DNA of 56,768 bases from Ylistrum balloti (Eukaryota): the NCBI RefSeq assembly GCF_031769215.1, contig NW_026782945.1, positions 1-56,768 of the forward strand. Reading direction: 5' to 3'. A model generated the notes under the pieces. The model made no database searches. It was not told where the DNA came from and saw only the letters and a list, made by a program, of their open reading frames with translations. Each line of letters opens with the position of its first letter. Positions within the stretch are counted from its first letter, which is position 1. Shown piece after piece: positions 9,772 to 18,814 of the stretch. Position numbers and translations under genes: made by a program.

Positions 9772-10536
9772 ATGAATCGTATGTTAAGGCTTCTTGGATT
9801 GTTATGTTTTCTTTTGTCCTCCTGTAGCTCTCCTTTTCAGACTGAGCAATTACCTATTCAAGCACCTACTTTTATTGGTGGTTTACGTCCAGCAGAGGTG
9901 GTTGTGCCGCGAGAATATGACCATAAAGAACGTTACCCACTTATTATCCTTTTGCATGGTTATTCTGCTACTGCACGTCTTAATGATCTTATTTTTCAAT
10001 TAGAAAGACGTGTAGATATAGCTGATTTTATTTTGTTGCTACCTGAAGGTACTGAAAATCCAGATGGTGATCAATTTTGGAACGCGACGCCAGAATGTTG
10101 TGACTATTTTGGTCAAGGAGTTGATGATGTTGTATATCTAACAGCACTTATTGAAGAGGCAAAAGCAACATTGGCAGTAGACCCTCAGCATGTTGTTCTA
10201 CTTGGGCATTCTAACGGTGGCTATATGGCCTATCGAATGGCTTGCGAATATCCAAAGTTGTTCAAACGTATTGTTGTTGTAGCAGGATTATCTTTTTTGA
10301 ACCCTCAAGATTGTTTGGGCCAGGATCCTGTATCGTTAGTACATGTTCATGGCACGGAAGATGAAGTTGTTTCTTATGACTTAGGTGCTGATGAGGTCTC
10401 GCGCTGGTTATCTAAGGGTGGTTGTGATACAGGTTTTAGTTTGATGGCAACCAAAGATTTTAATAGTGGTCTTATGGGTGAAGAGACAGAGATCCTCATT
10501 GTACGGGGACACGAGGTTTGCAACTTTTTCGTGTAA
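9772..10536 (+). pseudogene. Lipoprotein alpha/beta-hydrolase (PHB-depolymerase/LpqC-like esterase), 3'-truncated by the prophage end at 10499/10500
   Basis: Lipobox LLSSC, LLHGY, GHSNGG nucleophile, HGTED acid. The last codons (IVRGHEVCNFFV) are read from the phage terminal repeat, and the usual C-terminal His segment is missing. Confidence 0.8.
10500..10523 (+). repeat. Prophage terminal inverted repeat (tail-proximal end)
   Basis: TGTACGGGGACACGAGGTTTGCAA matches the reverse complement of 50072-50095 (TGTCAGGAGTCACAACGTTTGAAA) at 17 of 24 positions. Confidence 0.85.
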
Positions 10537-10672
10537 GTAAGTCATAAATATGAAATTTTATTTATGCTTGTATTGTAAATTAATAAAACGGCGTTTTAAT
10601 TTTAGAAACGTTTCTTAATAGAAACTACTCTTGTCTCATTTAGAGACTTAAAAAGGCGTAAATACCTTGACT

Positions 10673-11428
10673 TTAGGGTGCAAATTTAGCCCGCAATCTA
10701 CCCTCTATTATCGTTGTCACATGACCATTAGATCGTGTAATTTTTACCACATACTGACTACTGTTTAACAATGCGGTCTGCTCTTTTGTTGGCTCAAATC
10801 TTAATACAGATACAGTCGCTTTCGTCTCTGGATTCGTGCCCTCAAATGTCGATCCCGCCACCTCGACAGAGTCTGTCTTGAAGACGATCGTTGATCCTGA
10901 TAAATCGCCAAATTCCCCCGTTGTTGATTCGTGAAAATCTATGGCTCTACCTTCTAAGTGATGATAGTCATCACCCTTTACTATTGTGATTGTTTTGTCA
11001 ACACCAATCGGAGATTGGATAACGATTGTCTTCTTACCAGATATCTGTGTTTGCACTGCTTTAACCTCTGCTGCAGCGTTGTTTAAAGCATCCTGCAAGC
11101 CACCTTCAAGAATCTTTTGCGCAACCTCGCCTTCATCTACTTGGATCGTATTAATCGTTCCAACATGTAATAACTCTTGTGCCACATAACCAGATACTGT
11201 TGCCTCTATCTTTAAATAGATTTCATCACCTTGTAACCAGTTATCTGGTAGATCTAGTTCCGCAGCAAAATAGCCCACATCTAATTGCGTCAGCGCTACT
11301 ACTACTGTTGTCTCTATTTCATTACGCAATACTGCAATAACAGGTGTTGCGTCGGGGTTAATGGGCTTACCATCAACCCCGCGCACATAAAATAACCTGC
11401 GGATTGTATTGCCAGGACGATACAGCAT
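10673..11428 (-). CDS. Phage distal tail-region protein (N-terminal beta-rich/Ig-like domain; C-terminal BppU-like domain)
   Basis: ORF; TIVKGDDY...DLSGSTIVF...YVVKIT...TIIEGRL resembles BppU-like adaptor domains by eye. Confidence 0.45.
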   Translation of the reverse strand: MLYRPGNTIRRLFYVRGVDGKPINPDATPVIAVLRNEIETTVVVALTQLDVGYFAAELDLPDNWLQGDEIYLKIEATVSGYVAQELLHVGTINTIQVDEGEVAQKILEGGLQDALNNAAAEVKAVQTQISGKKTIVIQSPIGVDKTITIVKGDDYHHLEGRAIDFHESTTGEFGDLSGSTIVFKTDSVEVAGSTFEGTNPETKATVSVLRFEPTKEQTALLNSSQYVVKITRSNGHVTTIIEGRLRAKFAP

Positions 11429-11766
11429 TAGCCGATACGTGGTACCTGATTTGCGTAAGATACAATCTCGTAATCGTAAACAGCGTGAGCTACGTTGCCA
11501 TCAACAATTGCTTTTACAAGAATTGAAACATGAGAGCCGACGCTTAACGATGTTGAATCTACTGTAAATTGATACAGACCTGTAATGCTTGCAGGGGTAG
11601 TGTCTTGCAACTGACTAACACCTGTTGTTAAAGATGTTGCAGTCCCGTCGACATGCACCTCTTCAATGGTTGGCGTGCTATCTGCATTTACTAACGCTCC
11701 TGTGTAATCATACACTGGAAACGTTTCTCTAATATTATTGCCTTGTGCAATCGTTCCTCTACTCAT
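11428..11766 (-). CDS. Phage beta-rich protein, paralog of the N-terminus of 10673-11428
   Basis: ORF; shared GN.IR..F.V...G..:N.D.TP.I pattern. Confidence 0.5.
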   Translation of the reverse strand: MSRGTIAQGNNIRETFPVYDYTGALVNADSTPTIEEVHVDGTATSLTTGVSQLQDTTPASITGLYQFTVDSTSLSVGSHVSILVKAIVDGNVAHAVYDYEIVSYANQVPRIG

Positions 11767-11776
11767 TATTTTTCTC

Positions 11777-13867
11777 CTATCCTATCTTTGGTTGTTGTAG
11801 GTTATTGAAACGATGTTCTAGTTTTACTTCTACTTCTTTAGCTAATAATGCTGGATCAAGCGTCGGTTTTACGGTTAAAAACGAGACAAACGTACCATCT
11901 GTAGATGACGGATTTAGGACATAGCTACTATCAATAGCAGTTGCACTATCTGTATTAAAAAAGCCGTTTAATTCAACTCGATCTGTTATGGCTAATACTG
12001 AATCACGTCGTAAAAAGACACTTGGACGATTTATCGTAATTTCATCTGATTGAATCTCTACAGATGGATTAGAACCTACCGCTAATCTAGCACGTAGACT
12101 ATTTTCTCTGCCTAAGACTTGATGAAGAACAGCTTTAATTTGTTCAATATTTAACGATACTGCGGTATTAAATGTAACGTTATATTGATTCGTTGCTAAC
12201 GACACGTTTATATCTGTCAGGATTGCACTAACATCTAGATTCGTATCGATTGCATCATTTTCGGTCAATTCTGCGATATAGCGAACACCGCCATTTTCTG
12301 TGCTTAATTCGCGATATTGAACATCGTAACCTTCTGACCAGATTGCTAATTTAATTGTGCGGTCACGTGGCACTGTATAGACCATACGATCTACATTACT
12401 AGCAAATGCTAGTTCAGTTACATTATCTTGATCGTCAATTGATTGAGCTAAGATATTAAAAGCACCCTCATGTGATACAGATACAACCACCCGAACACCT
12501 GCGCTATCCTCAATAACCCCAGAAACCGTTACACCGTTTGCTGCAAAAGTTCCTGTACCGCAATCTATTGAACCGTCAAAGCTAGCGTCTGCATAATCTG
12601 TATTAGTCGCTCCGGTTTTAATTGTGATTGTGTTTGTGCCTGCGTCATAACTTATTGGAGCCGCATTATTGTACGTGTCAATCTCTGCTTGTGTTGGGTT
12701 TTCTGGCAAGGCTAGTCGCACCAAGTTGCGGTTATTAGTAATTAGCGTGTCGCCAGACCTGTCAACCAAATCGCCTGGCAGCGTAAGATCTGTGGATAAT
12801 ATTTTTTGAATTTCGTCATAGGCTACTCTCGCATTATTAGCTTCCGCAATCGTACCAGTACTGCTCCATTTTTCATCTACTAGCATCTCTTTAATTACAA
12901 CAGGATTATTCATTGCTAGGTTATCAACTTTTATCTCCTGATAGCCCGCTCTTCTGATTAAGTAACTAATCTGGTTTCTTGCTGATGAGGTCGTATCGCC
13001 GACTGTTCTTACTAGGCAAGGAATTACTTTTTTACCAGCATAATAAGCTAGCTCGGTTGTGCCATCGTTGGCGTATATTTTTGTATTAGCATCTGTTAGA
13101 TTTTTATTGTGTTGCTCCGTATTGGTACTATCTGTTACTCGTATTTTTGCATCATCGTGCGCAATTACTGTTACATCAATCGTAAAATATTCTTTTTGAT
13201 CATTAGAACTACCACCTCCCGATCTCCTTAACGATAACAAGTTATTTACCACACCCTCATAGACAGGATCGTAAATCCGTCCATGGGACGTGCTTTGTGT
13301 ACCTTTTAAAAACACTAATGTGCCAGTAAAATTTTTAGTTCTAAATGCGGGCAAAGAGGTAAAGCCGCTGTGACTACGAGCTGGATAAATATTTAGCGTT
13401 GCTGAATTGGATGATTTTACATCGAGGGTAACGTTTGCGTATTCGCGATTAGCAAACTGCACATAGGCATTGCCAGAGGTCATATCAAAAATAAATCTAG
13501 CAAAACCTGAAAACTGATTCCTTGCGTTTTCTAAATGACTATAAACACTACCTGAGCCCAAAAACACAAACGTAATATCTGTCGCTGTAAAGCCGCCGCT
13601 AGCCCCCGCAAAGTCAGCTCTACCGTTATTAGGTTTCGCAACAAAAACAAGCCCTGTCGCCTCAACAGTACCAGCCATAAAAGAATGATTTGGATTTCCA
13701 TCGTAGACAATATGTGTATTATCTCCAACCTGCCAGGTTGCGTTAGAGCCAATATTTAATCTACCGTTTGTCGTATTGCCGTCTAGGTAGTAGATTGCAC
13801 CCTTGTCGGCTCTGCTGTCCCTGGTTCCTGAGCTTAAAGTAGAGAATGTTGTGTTATGTATTGCCAT
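11777..13867 (-). CDS. Large beta-rich hypothetical protein, candidate virion/receptor-binding protein
   Basis: 696-aa ORF rich in T/S/N/G/D, downstream of the tail fibre gene. Confidence 0.5.
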   Translation of the reverse strand: MAIHNTTFSTLSSGTRDSRADKGAIYYLDGNTTNGRLNIGSNATWQVGDNTHIVYDGNPNHSFMAGTVEATGLVFVAKPNNGRADFAGASGGFTATDITFVFLGSGSVYSHLENARNQFSGFARFIFDMTSGNAYVQFANREYANVTLDVKSSNSATLNIYPARSHSGFTSLPAFRTKNFTGTLVFLKGTQSTSHGRIYDPVYEGVVNNLLSLRRSGGGSSNDQKEYFTIDVTVIAHDDAKIRVTDSTNTEQHNKNLTDANTKIYANDGTTELAYYAGKKVIPCLVRTVGDTTSSARNQISYLIRRAGYQEIKVDNLAMNNPVVIKEMLVDEKWSSTGTIAEANNARVAYDEIQKILSTDLTLPGDLVDRSGDTLITNNRNLVRLALPENPTQAEIDTYNNAAPISYDAGTNTITIKTGATNTDYADASFDGSIDCGTGTFAANGVTVSGVIEDSAGVRVVVSVSHEGAFNILAQSIDDQDNVTELAFASNVDRMVYTVPRDRTIKLAIWSEGYDVQYRELSTENGGVRYIAELTENDAIDTNLDVSAILTDINVSLATNQYNVTFNTAVSLNIEQIKAVLHQVLGRENSLRARLAVGSNPSVEIQSDEITINRPSVFLRRDSVLAITDRVELNGFFNTDSATAIDSSYVLNPSSTDGTFVSFLTVKPTLDPALLAKEVEVKLEHRFNNLQQPKIG

Positions 13868-14212
13868 CTAGTTAAGTACCTCATTTGGCCAAAGAAGAGA
13901 CCCTAAAATAACAGCACCAATAAAAATACAAGCTGATACAAACGTATTAAGTGTGACATCAAATCGCCAGCACAAAATACTACCGACGAGCGACAACAAC
14001 ACAATGACACCAAAAGCAATTAGACGTTGATTTGCATAGGGTAAATCAACTGCAATAAAGAAATGTCCACATAAAGCACCACAAAACAAAGGCAAGATAA
14101 ACCAACCGTCATGTGTCCATTGCCGCATAAAATAACTGATTGTATCGTGCTTTTGTTTATGCAGAAATGGAACAATATCCCATAACAGACCTAACACTAA
14201 AAACAGTGGCAA
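13868..14212 (-). CDS. Small phage membrane protein (start uncertain)
   Basis: ORF with several hydrophobic segments; TTG start without a clear RBS. Confidence 0.5.
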   Translation of the reverse strand: MPLFLVLGLLWDIVPFLHKQKHDTISYFMRQWTHDGWFILPLFCGALCGHFFIAVDLPYANQRLIAFGVIVLLSLVGSILCWRFDVTLNTFVSACIFIGAVILGSLLWPNEVLN

Positions 14213-14274
14213 AATTGCTCTAGAGAGCCAATAACTTGACGATTGCTGCCTAGCTGTACATACCTATACATCTT

Positions 14275-14913
14275 CTAATCCCTAACTCTTGAAAAGATCT
14301 GAAACCAAAAAGAATAATCGACAGGACTACCTAAAACCGTTGTTCCGCTAAATAAATATGATTTTAAAATTTGAATTTCGAATCTACTGTTAGCAGCATT
14401 TCGTTTTGCTCGTATGGTAATTACATCGTTATTGCCTGTATATTTGATGCCTACATTTAACAGCACATGACCAACTGAATTAGGAAGACCAAGAGACGGT
14501 AGAGCAATATGGTAGACACCTGTCCCATGCTTACGAACTTGAGTATTTTGCTCGCCTATTGTGCCTGTATCAAACGCCTGAGTACCTCTAAAAACAACGC
14601 CACCGGTATCTGTACCTGGTGGATCACCATCAGAGCCGGTCGCATCTGCTTTTACTGCTTTAGAGGCCAGTAAATACAGATCAAATTCTATAGCTGTTTC
14701 TATTTGTTGATCTGCTATCTCTTCAATAGCCTGCCTAACTTGTGTTGTATCATTAGCGTCAGGTGTCAATCCTGCATGCTCAATTAACCCGACAAGCTCT
14801 TCTTGTGTTTGATTACGATCTGTTGCCAGTAAGGCTGTACCTTCAACACCACTGGCTAAATCACGATCTACATAACGATTATTAACATGACCTTCTGCTT
14901 CTGTTCGGTCCAT
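14275..14913 (-). CDS. Short tail fibre (Mu gp49-like N-terminus)
   Basis: NQTQEELVGLIEHAGLTPDANDTTQVRQAI baseplate-attachment pattern; follows the gp48-like gene. Confidence 0.75.
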   Translation of the reverse strand: MDRTEAEGHVNNRYVDRDLASGVEGTALLATDRNQTQEELVGLIEHAGLTPDANDTTQVRQAIEEIADQQIETAIEFDLYLLASKAVKADATGSDGDPPGTDTGGVVFRGTQAFDTGTIGEQNTQVRKHGTGVYHIALPSLGLPNSVGHVLLNVGIKYTGNNDVITIRAKRNAANSRFEIQILKSYLFSGTTVLGSPVDYSFWFQIFSRVRD

Positions 14914-14916
14914 TTC

Positions 14917-15477
14917 TTAACCTCCTCGCCGGTCGTCGTAAACAATAAGAATGCTTGGACGTTTAATGCTGTCGATATGGCATCTCAAAATATCTAAAGC
15001 GTTACTACCTGCTGTAATAACAAGCCTAAGAACACGTACTTGATCAGACTTACTACAAACAGCAGTACCACAGCGTGCTGTACCGCAACGCGCACGATCA
15101 GGATCAAAACGCTCAAGCGTTGTCGTAAATCCAAGCTTTTCTGCTTGATCAATTAAATAGCCTTGACTAATCGCACCAACAGCTGAAAACCGCGCCCTAA
15201 CAGCAGCTTGACGCTCTTGTATTGTCGGTGCAATACTCAAACACGCATCAGGAAGCTTCATAGCGCTTTCCCAGTCCGCTAATGTATGTGTTGGTTCATT
15301 AAAGGGCAGTTCATTCCAAAGCTTTAACGCGCGATTATGAACACGTACAAATTCACCTGCTAGCCCTTCGCAAAATTGATATAAGCGCGAGCCACGAAAC
15401 TTAGCCCAAGCATCACCGCGAGGTAGTAGCTTTAATAAAACACTACGGTACTGACTTGTTGTTGAACTCATGTCCAA
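14917..15477 (-). CDS. Baseplate protein, Mu gp48/YmfQ (DUF2313) family
   Basis: LLKLLPRGDAW, LADWE...LPD, ERQAAV motifs. Confidence 0.85.
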   Translation of the reverse strand: MDMSSTTSQYRSVLLKLLPRGDAWAKFRGSRLYQFCEGLAGEFVRVHNRALKLWNELPFNEPTHTLADWESAMKLPDACLSIAPTIQERQAAVRARFSAVGAISQGYLIDQAEKLGFTTTLERFDPDRARCGTARCGTAVCSKSDQVRVLRLVITAGSNALDILRCHIDSIKRPSILIVYDDRRGG

Positions 15478-16544
15478 GTAGGTATTCCTAGTGTTGCGAT
15501 TTCTGTGTTTGTTGTTGTGACATCTTCTGTTGGTGCTAGCAGTACATGACCATATTCACCAACGGCACGACTAATAGCTTCTTGAATCCATTCACGTCGA
15601 ATTGTGACACCAGGACCTGCACGTAAGGCAAGCATATCTTTAAGTTCTGAAATAACTGCTGCCTTAACGGTATCTTCGTCAGCACCAGATTCAGGAATAA
15701 GTTCAATTTCGGGATTAATTGGTACGCCCGCCAGGGCGTAGACCACAATAATGTCACCTAGTGGCCAAAAATCATCATCGGTTAAATGACCATAAAGCAG
15801 ATCAAGTTGTGCTTGAGTTGGGATAATATCGTCAGCATCGTCAAGTAGTCCCGTGACACCTACGTGGCCAACGCCGCCATAATTTGGCGTTACAAATACG
15901 CGAGTAAATCCAGTTACTTCAAGTGCGCGTAATCGATAATCAGTAACACCACCGCCCTGAGGTGGTGCCGCTAGACGCACAAACAGCCGTTCGCGTAGCG
16001 CCTCGTCTGTCTCTAAATTAAAACCATCTACATTGTTTGCACTATCTAAAACGACAGCCTCACCATCAATACCTGAAATGGTCGTTGTTAAGCTTAGCTT
16101 GCTACCTGCAGCAACATTACTAGCACTGCCTGCAACTGTTGCATTTACAAGAACCGTGGCCGAACCATTAGAGATCGTCGTAGCGCTGGCAGTCTTGAAT
16201 TCGTTGCCATCTTCATCCACATAACTTATATCTTCTGACAATATAGCGCCGTCAGTACCCGTAATTGTTATCTCACGTACTGTAAAGCTAGGTGCTTTAC
16301 GATAGATACGAAAGACGCGACACCATAGTTCTAACCAGGCTCCCGTTGCGGTTTTAGGTGATAATTGTTTGGCAAAACGCTCAATAAAACCATAAAGACC
16401 ATAAACAGCACCTGCATACGCAAGACTAAAAACAGCAATAAGTCGTCTTCTTAAAATACTTCCTTCTGTACCTAATGCCGCATTAATATCGCCCTTAATG
16501 CGGCTATCAATTTCGCGTATTGTTGGCTTTTCAAATATCGTCAT
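15468..16544 (-). CDS. Baseplate J-like wedge protein (Mu gp47)
   Basis: FEKPT, ETDEALRERL, PPQGGG..DY motifs. Confidence 0.92.
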   Translation of the reverse strand: MTIFEKPTIREIDSRIKGDINAALGTEGSILRRRLIAVFSLAYAGAVYGLYGFIERFAKQLSPKTATGAWLELWCRVFRIYRKAPSFTVREITITGTDGAILSEDISYVDEDGNEFKTASATTISNGSATVLVNATVAGSASNVAAGSKLSLTTTISGIDGEAVVLDSANNVDGFNLETDEALRERLFVRLAAPPQGGGVTDYRLRALEVTGFTRVFVTPNYGGVGHVGVTGLLDDADDIIPTQAQLDLLYGHLTDDDFWPLGDIIVVYALAGVPINPEIELIPESGADEDTVKAAVISELKDMLALRAGPGVTIRREWIQEAISRAVGEYGHVLLAPTEDVTTTNTEIATLGIPTWT

Positions 16545-17044
16545 GCCACACTCCAGAAAGATTCAAAGCGGTACTTATGGGGTGTATCTTCGCGTCTTTC
16601 AATCTGAATTAAGCTACAGAGACGGTAACTGCCAGGTGCTTCTAATTGTTCTGCAGTAACGTCTATTTGAATACCCGCAACAATACCATCATCAAGCAAC
16701 CACTGTAATGCTTCTTGTGTGTAATCTTTCCTGCGAGCAGTAGCATCCTGAACATTTTTAGCACCCTCTACAAGCCAAGTTCTTGATCCAATTAAATCAC
16801 CTGGTATGTCACTGTAAGAATCACCCCACCAGCCACGACGATCTGTTGTGCCATCTGGAAGTTCATCATCCTCATCTGCAAGTCTGTCTGTGCCGATACT
16901 CAAGATAATAGCGGTCGCCAAACCGTCATCCGTTTTTAAGTCGCCGTTCGCTAGAACATCGCCGCCCGCTAGGGTATCGCCGTCCGCTAGGACTAAGTCC
17001 CAGAAACCTACGCTTTCGTTAAATTCTAAAGCTAGATCAGTCAT
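16541..17044 (-). CDS. Baseplate protein, Mu gp46 family
   Basis: GDL..DDGLATAIILS..TDR, RRGWWGD, GSR.WL, EALQWL..DG motifs. Confidence 0.92.
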   Translation of the reverse strand: MTDLALEFNESVGFWDLVLADGDTLAGGDVLANGDLKTDDGLATAIILSIGTDRLADEDDELPDGTTDRRGWWGDSYSDIPGDLIGSRTWLVEGAKNVQDATARRKDYTQEALQWLLDDGIVAGIQIDVTAEQLEAPGSYRLCSLIQIERREDTPHKYRFESFWSVA

Positions 17045-17280
17045 AGAACTGTACCTGGCGACGTTGTGGTTCCAGTTTGACTAACAGCACTTCCTGTTGT
17101 TGAAACAGCAATGCCAGCAGGTACCTGTGCATTGGCTTGAATATGAGCAATAACTGCCGTTGCAATGGCATTGCAAATAGCTTGAAAGCGTGGTTCAGCT
17201 CCAGTTACGAGTTCAAAATCAGCAGTAGCCTTAATGGCTGCTTGTATTTCAGAACCTAGCGATGTTGCATTAAGCGGCAC
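17041..17280 (-). CDS. Small conserved baseplate-region protein (candidate spike tip)
   Basis: 79-aa ORF between the gp45-like and gp46 genes; AIATAVIAHI helix plus a Thr/Gly-rich C-terminus. Confidence 0.5.
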   Translation of the reverse strand: MPLNATSLGSEIQAAIKATADFELVTGAEPRFQAICNAIATAVIAHIQANAQVPAGIAVSTTGSAVSQTGTTTSPGTVL

Positions 17281-17762
17281 TACGCTGACCCCTTAATGGT
17301 ATTAAGTTCAGTTTTTAATTGCGTTAACGTTGTTTGTGTTGCTGGATCTAGAGGTTGATTGCCCATCAGCGTTGCTGTTGTTGCTGACTGCAAAACTGCA
17401 ATTAGACGATCTACAATATCTAATAATTCCGCAGCGCTACTGCTACCAATAGCTACTTTTGCTTCTGGTAGATTTTTAATACGACTATTTTTATCTACTG
17501 CTGCAATCACAACTAAATCATCTGGATCAGATCCAACTTGCAATAAATATACTTCACTACCAAGCGGTGGATGTGCGTTAAAGCCATAAGGATAAACTGC
17601 TAGCGCATCGCGATCTTGATCACCGTTAAAACGTATTTGCTGTTTTTGTGTATCGTGCTGATCTTGGACAGCGACAAGCGTAGCTCTACGAAATAGATTA
17701 TTTAATCTATCTTCAAAAGGTTTTAGCATGCGCTCGACATCATCTAGCGTTATTGCGCCCAC
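17280..17762 (-). CDS. Baseplate spike/assembly protein (Mu gp45-like N-terminus)
   Basis: YPYGF..HPP.G.E...L.VG motif; gene position. Confidence 0.8.
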   Translation of the reverse strand: MGAITLDDVERMLKPFEDRLNNLFRRATLVAVQDQHDTQKQQIRFNGDQDRDALAVYPYGFNAHPPLGSEVYLLQVGSDPDDLVVIAAVDKNSRIKNLPEAKVAIGSSSAAELLDIVDRLIAVLQSATTATLMGNQPLDPATQTTLTQLKTELNTIKGSA

Positions 17763-18814
17763 AAAACACCTCCTACTGGTTCCGATTGTTCCATGGGACT
17801 TAGAGCTTCTTTAGGCATTAACGACAGACGTGATACTAAGCCATCCTGATCATTAAAGATATACTCAACTGTTGTAATAAGTAGTTCTTGATCTATGCCT
17901 AAATACTGCTGATCTCGAAGACGTATTAAACGATTCACAGGCCATGGATTTTGTGCTACATCGTCCATTGTCCAGCCTGGTGCTGTAATGACATACCGTC
18001 TAGATTTACCGCTAGCAACATTTCTGCGCCAGGTCGCTAGTGTTTTTAAACGCTCGTGATCTGCTTGTGCTTTTGCATGTACGATAGTTGGTCGGTAGCG
18101 ACCTATAGCGTCATCTTTAGCCTCAACAACAAGATCGGTACGATCTTTAGGAGATAATGCTAAATCACCATTTTGAGCTTTAGCACGGTAAATACTAAAT
18201 CGACGTAAAAAACTAAACCGTCCAGTTGCTTTGACGATATTAACACCAGATTCTAAAACAGATGCTAATCGTTTACTGCTAGCTTGCGTTAAAACAAGAT
18301 CGCCTTGATGATTTGCTGTTAAAAGTAGACCACGATAACCCGCAACACGAGCTAGCGCCTGCTGTACGGTTTCGCCATCATTTAAGCTAAATGTTGCTAG
18401 TGGCTTGCCAGGATCAACCTCTGCAATAACGTTAATACCAAATGGTTTACAAAGATCTGTTGCGATATCAAAAACAGTACGTTTTTTCCAAGTGCCTGTG
18501 CCATAGATCGCAGCACAGTCAACAAGATCTCCCGTCTTACTACGACCGGTAAGCGTAACACGATAGTGTTTATCGTCATACTCAGGAACAACGTCATCAA
18601 TGTAGCCTGTAATAATCTGTTTACCTAAAACATAGATCTCGACTTTTGTTCCACAATAGAGTTTTTTTAAGCCTTGATTTTGTTTTCCGATCGTATCAAC
18701 AGCTGTAATATTAAAAGCGCCTGAGATTGCTTCAATCGTATGCGTAACATGAACGGTCTGCCAAGCATTAAAAACTTCACCATTTGCGACAAGCTTTAAG
18801 TCAAGCATAAGCAA
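17750..18814 (-). CDS. Baseplate hub protein (Mu gpP/gp44 family)
   Basis: GRSKTGDLVDC, GET....L.R.A...G.LL, RFS.Y motifs. Confidence 0.92.
   Translation of the reverse strand: MLMLDLKLVANGEVFNAWQTVHVTHTIEAISGAFNITAVDTIGKQNQGLKKLYCGTKVEIYVLGKQIITGYIDDVVPEYDDKHYRVTLTGRSKTGDLVDCAAIYGTGTWKKRTVFDIATDLCKPFGINVIAEVDPGKPLATFSLNDGETVQQALARVAGYRGLLLTANHQGDLVLTQASSKRLASVLESGVNIVKATGRFSFLRRFSIYRAKAQNGDLALSPKDRTDLVVEAKDDAIGRYRPTIVHAKAQADHERLKTLATWRRNVASGKSRRYVITAPGWTMDDVAQNPWPVNRLIRLRDQQYLGIDQELLITTVEYIFNDQDGLVSRLSLMPKEALSPMEQSEPVGGVLWAQ

Noticed and set aside
10604-10615. Palindrome AGAAACGTTTCT near the tail-proximal end
   Set aside because: It is short, lies in very AT-rich DNA and has no counterpart at the other end.
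14213-14274. Possible extra lesion upstream of the 13868-14212 membrane gene
   Set aside because: Upstream ATGs hit stops in other frames, but without homologs a true TTG start cannot be told from decay. It was not counted as a lesion.
10673-14913. Invertible tail-fibre cassette (Mu G segment)
   Set aside because: No serine invertase, no oppositely oriented fibre genes and no flanking inverted sites were seen.
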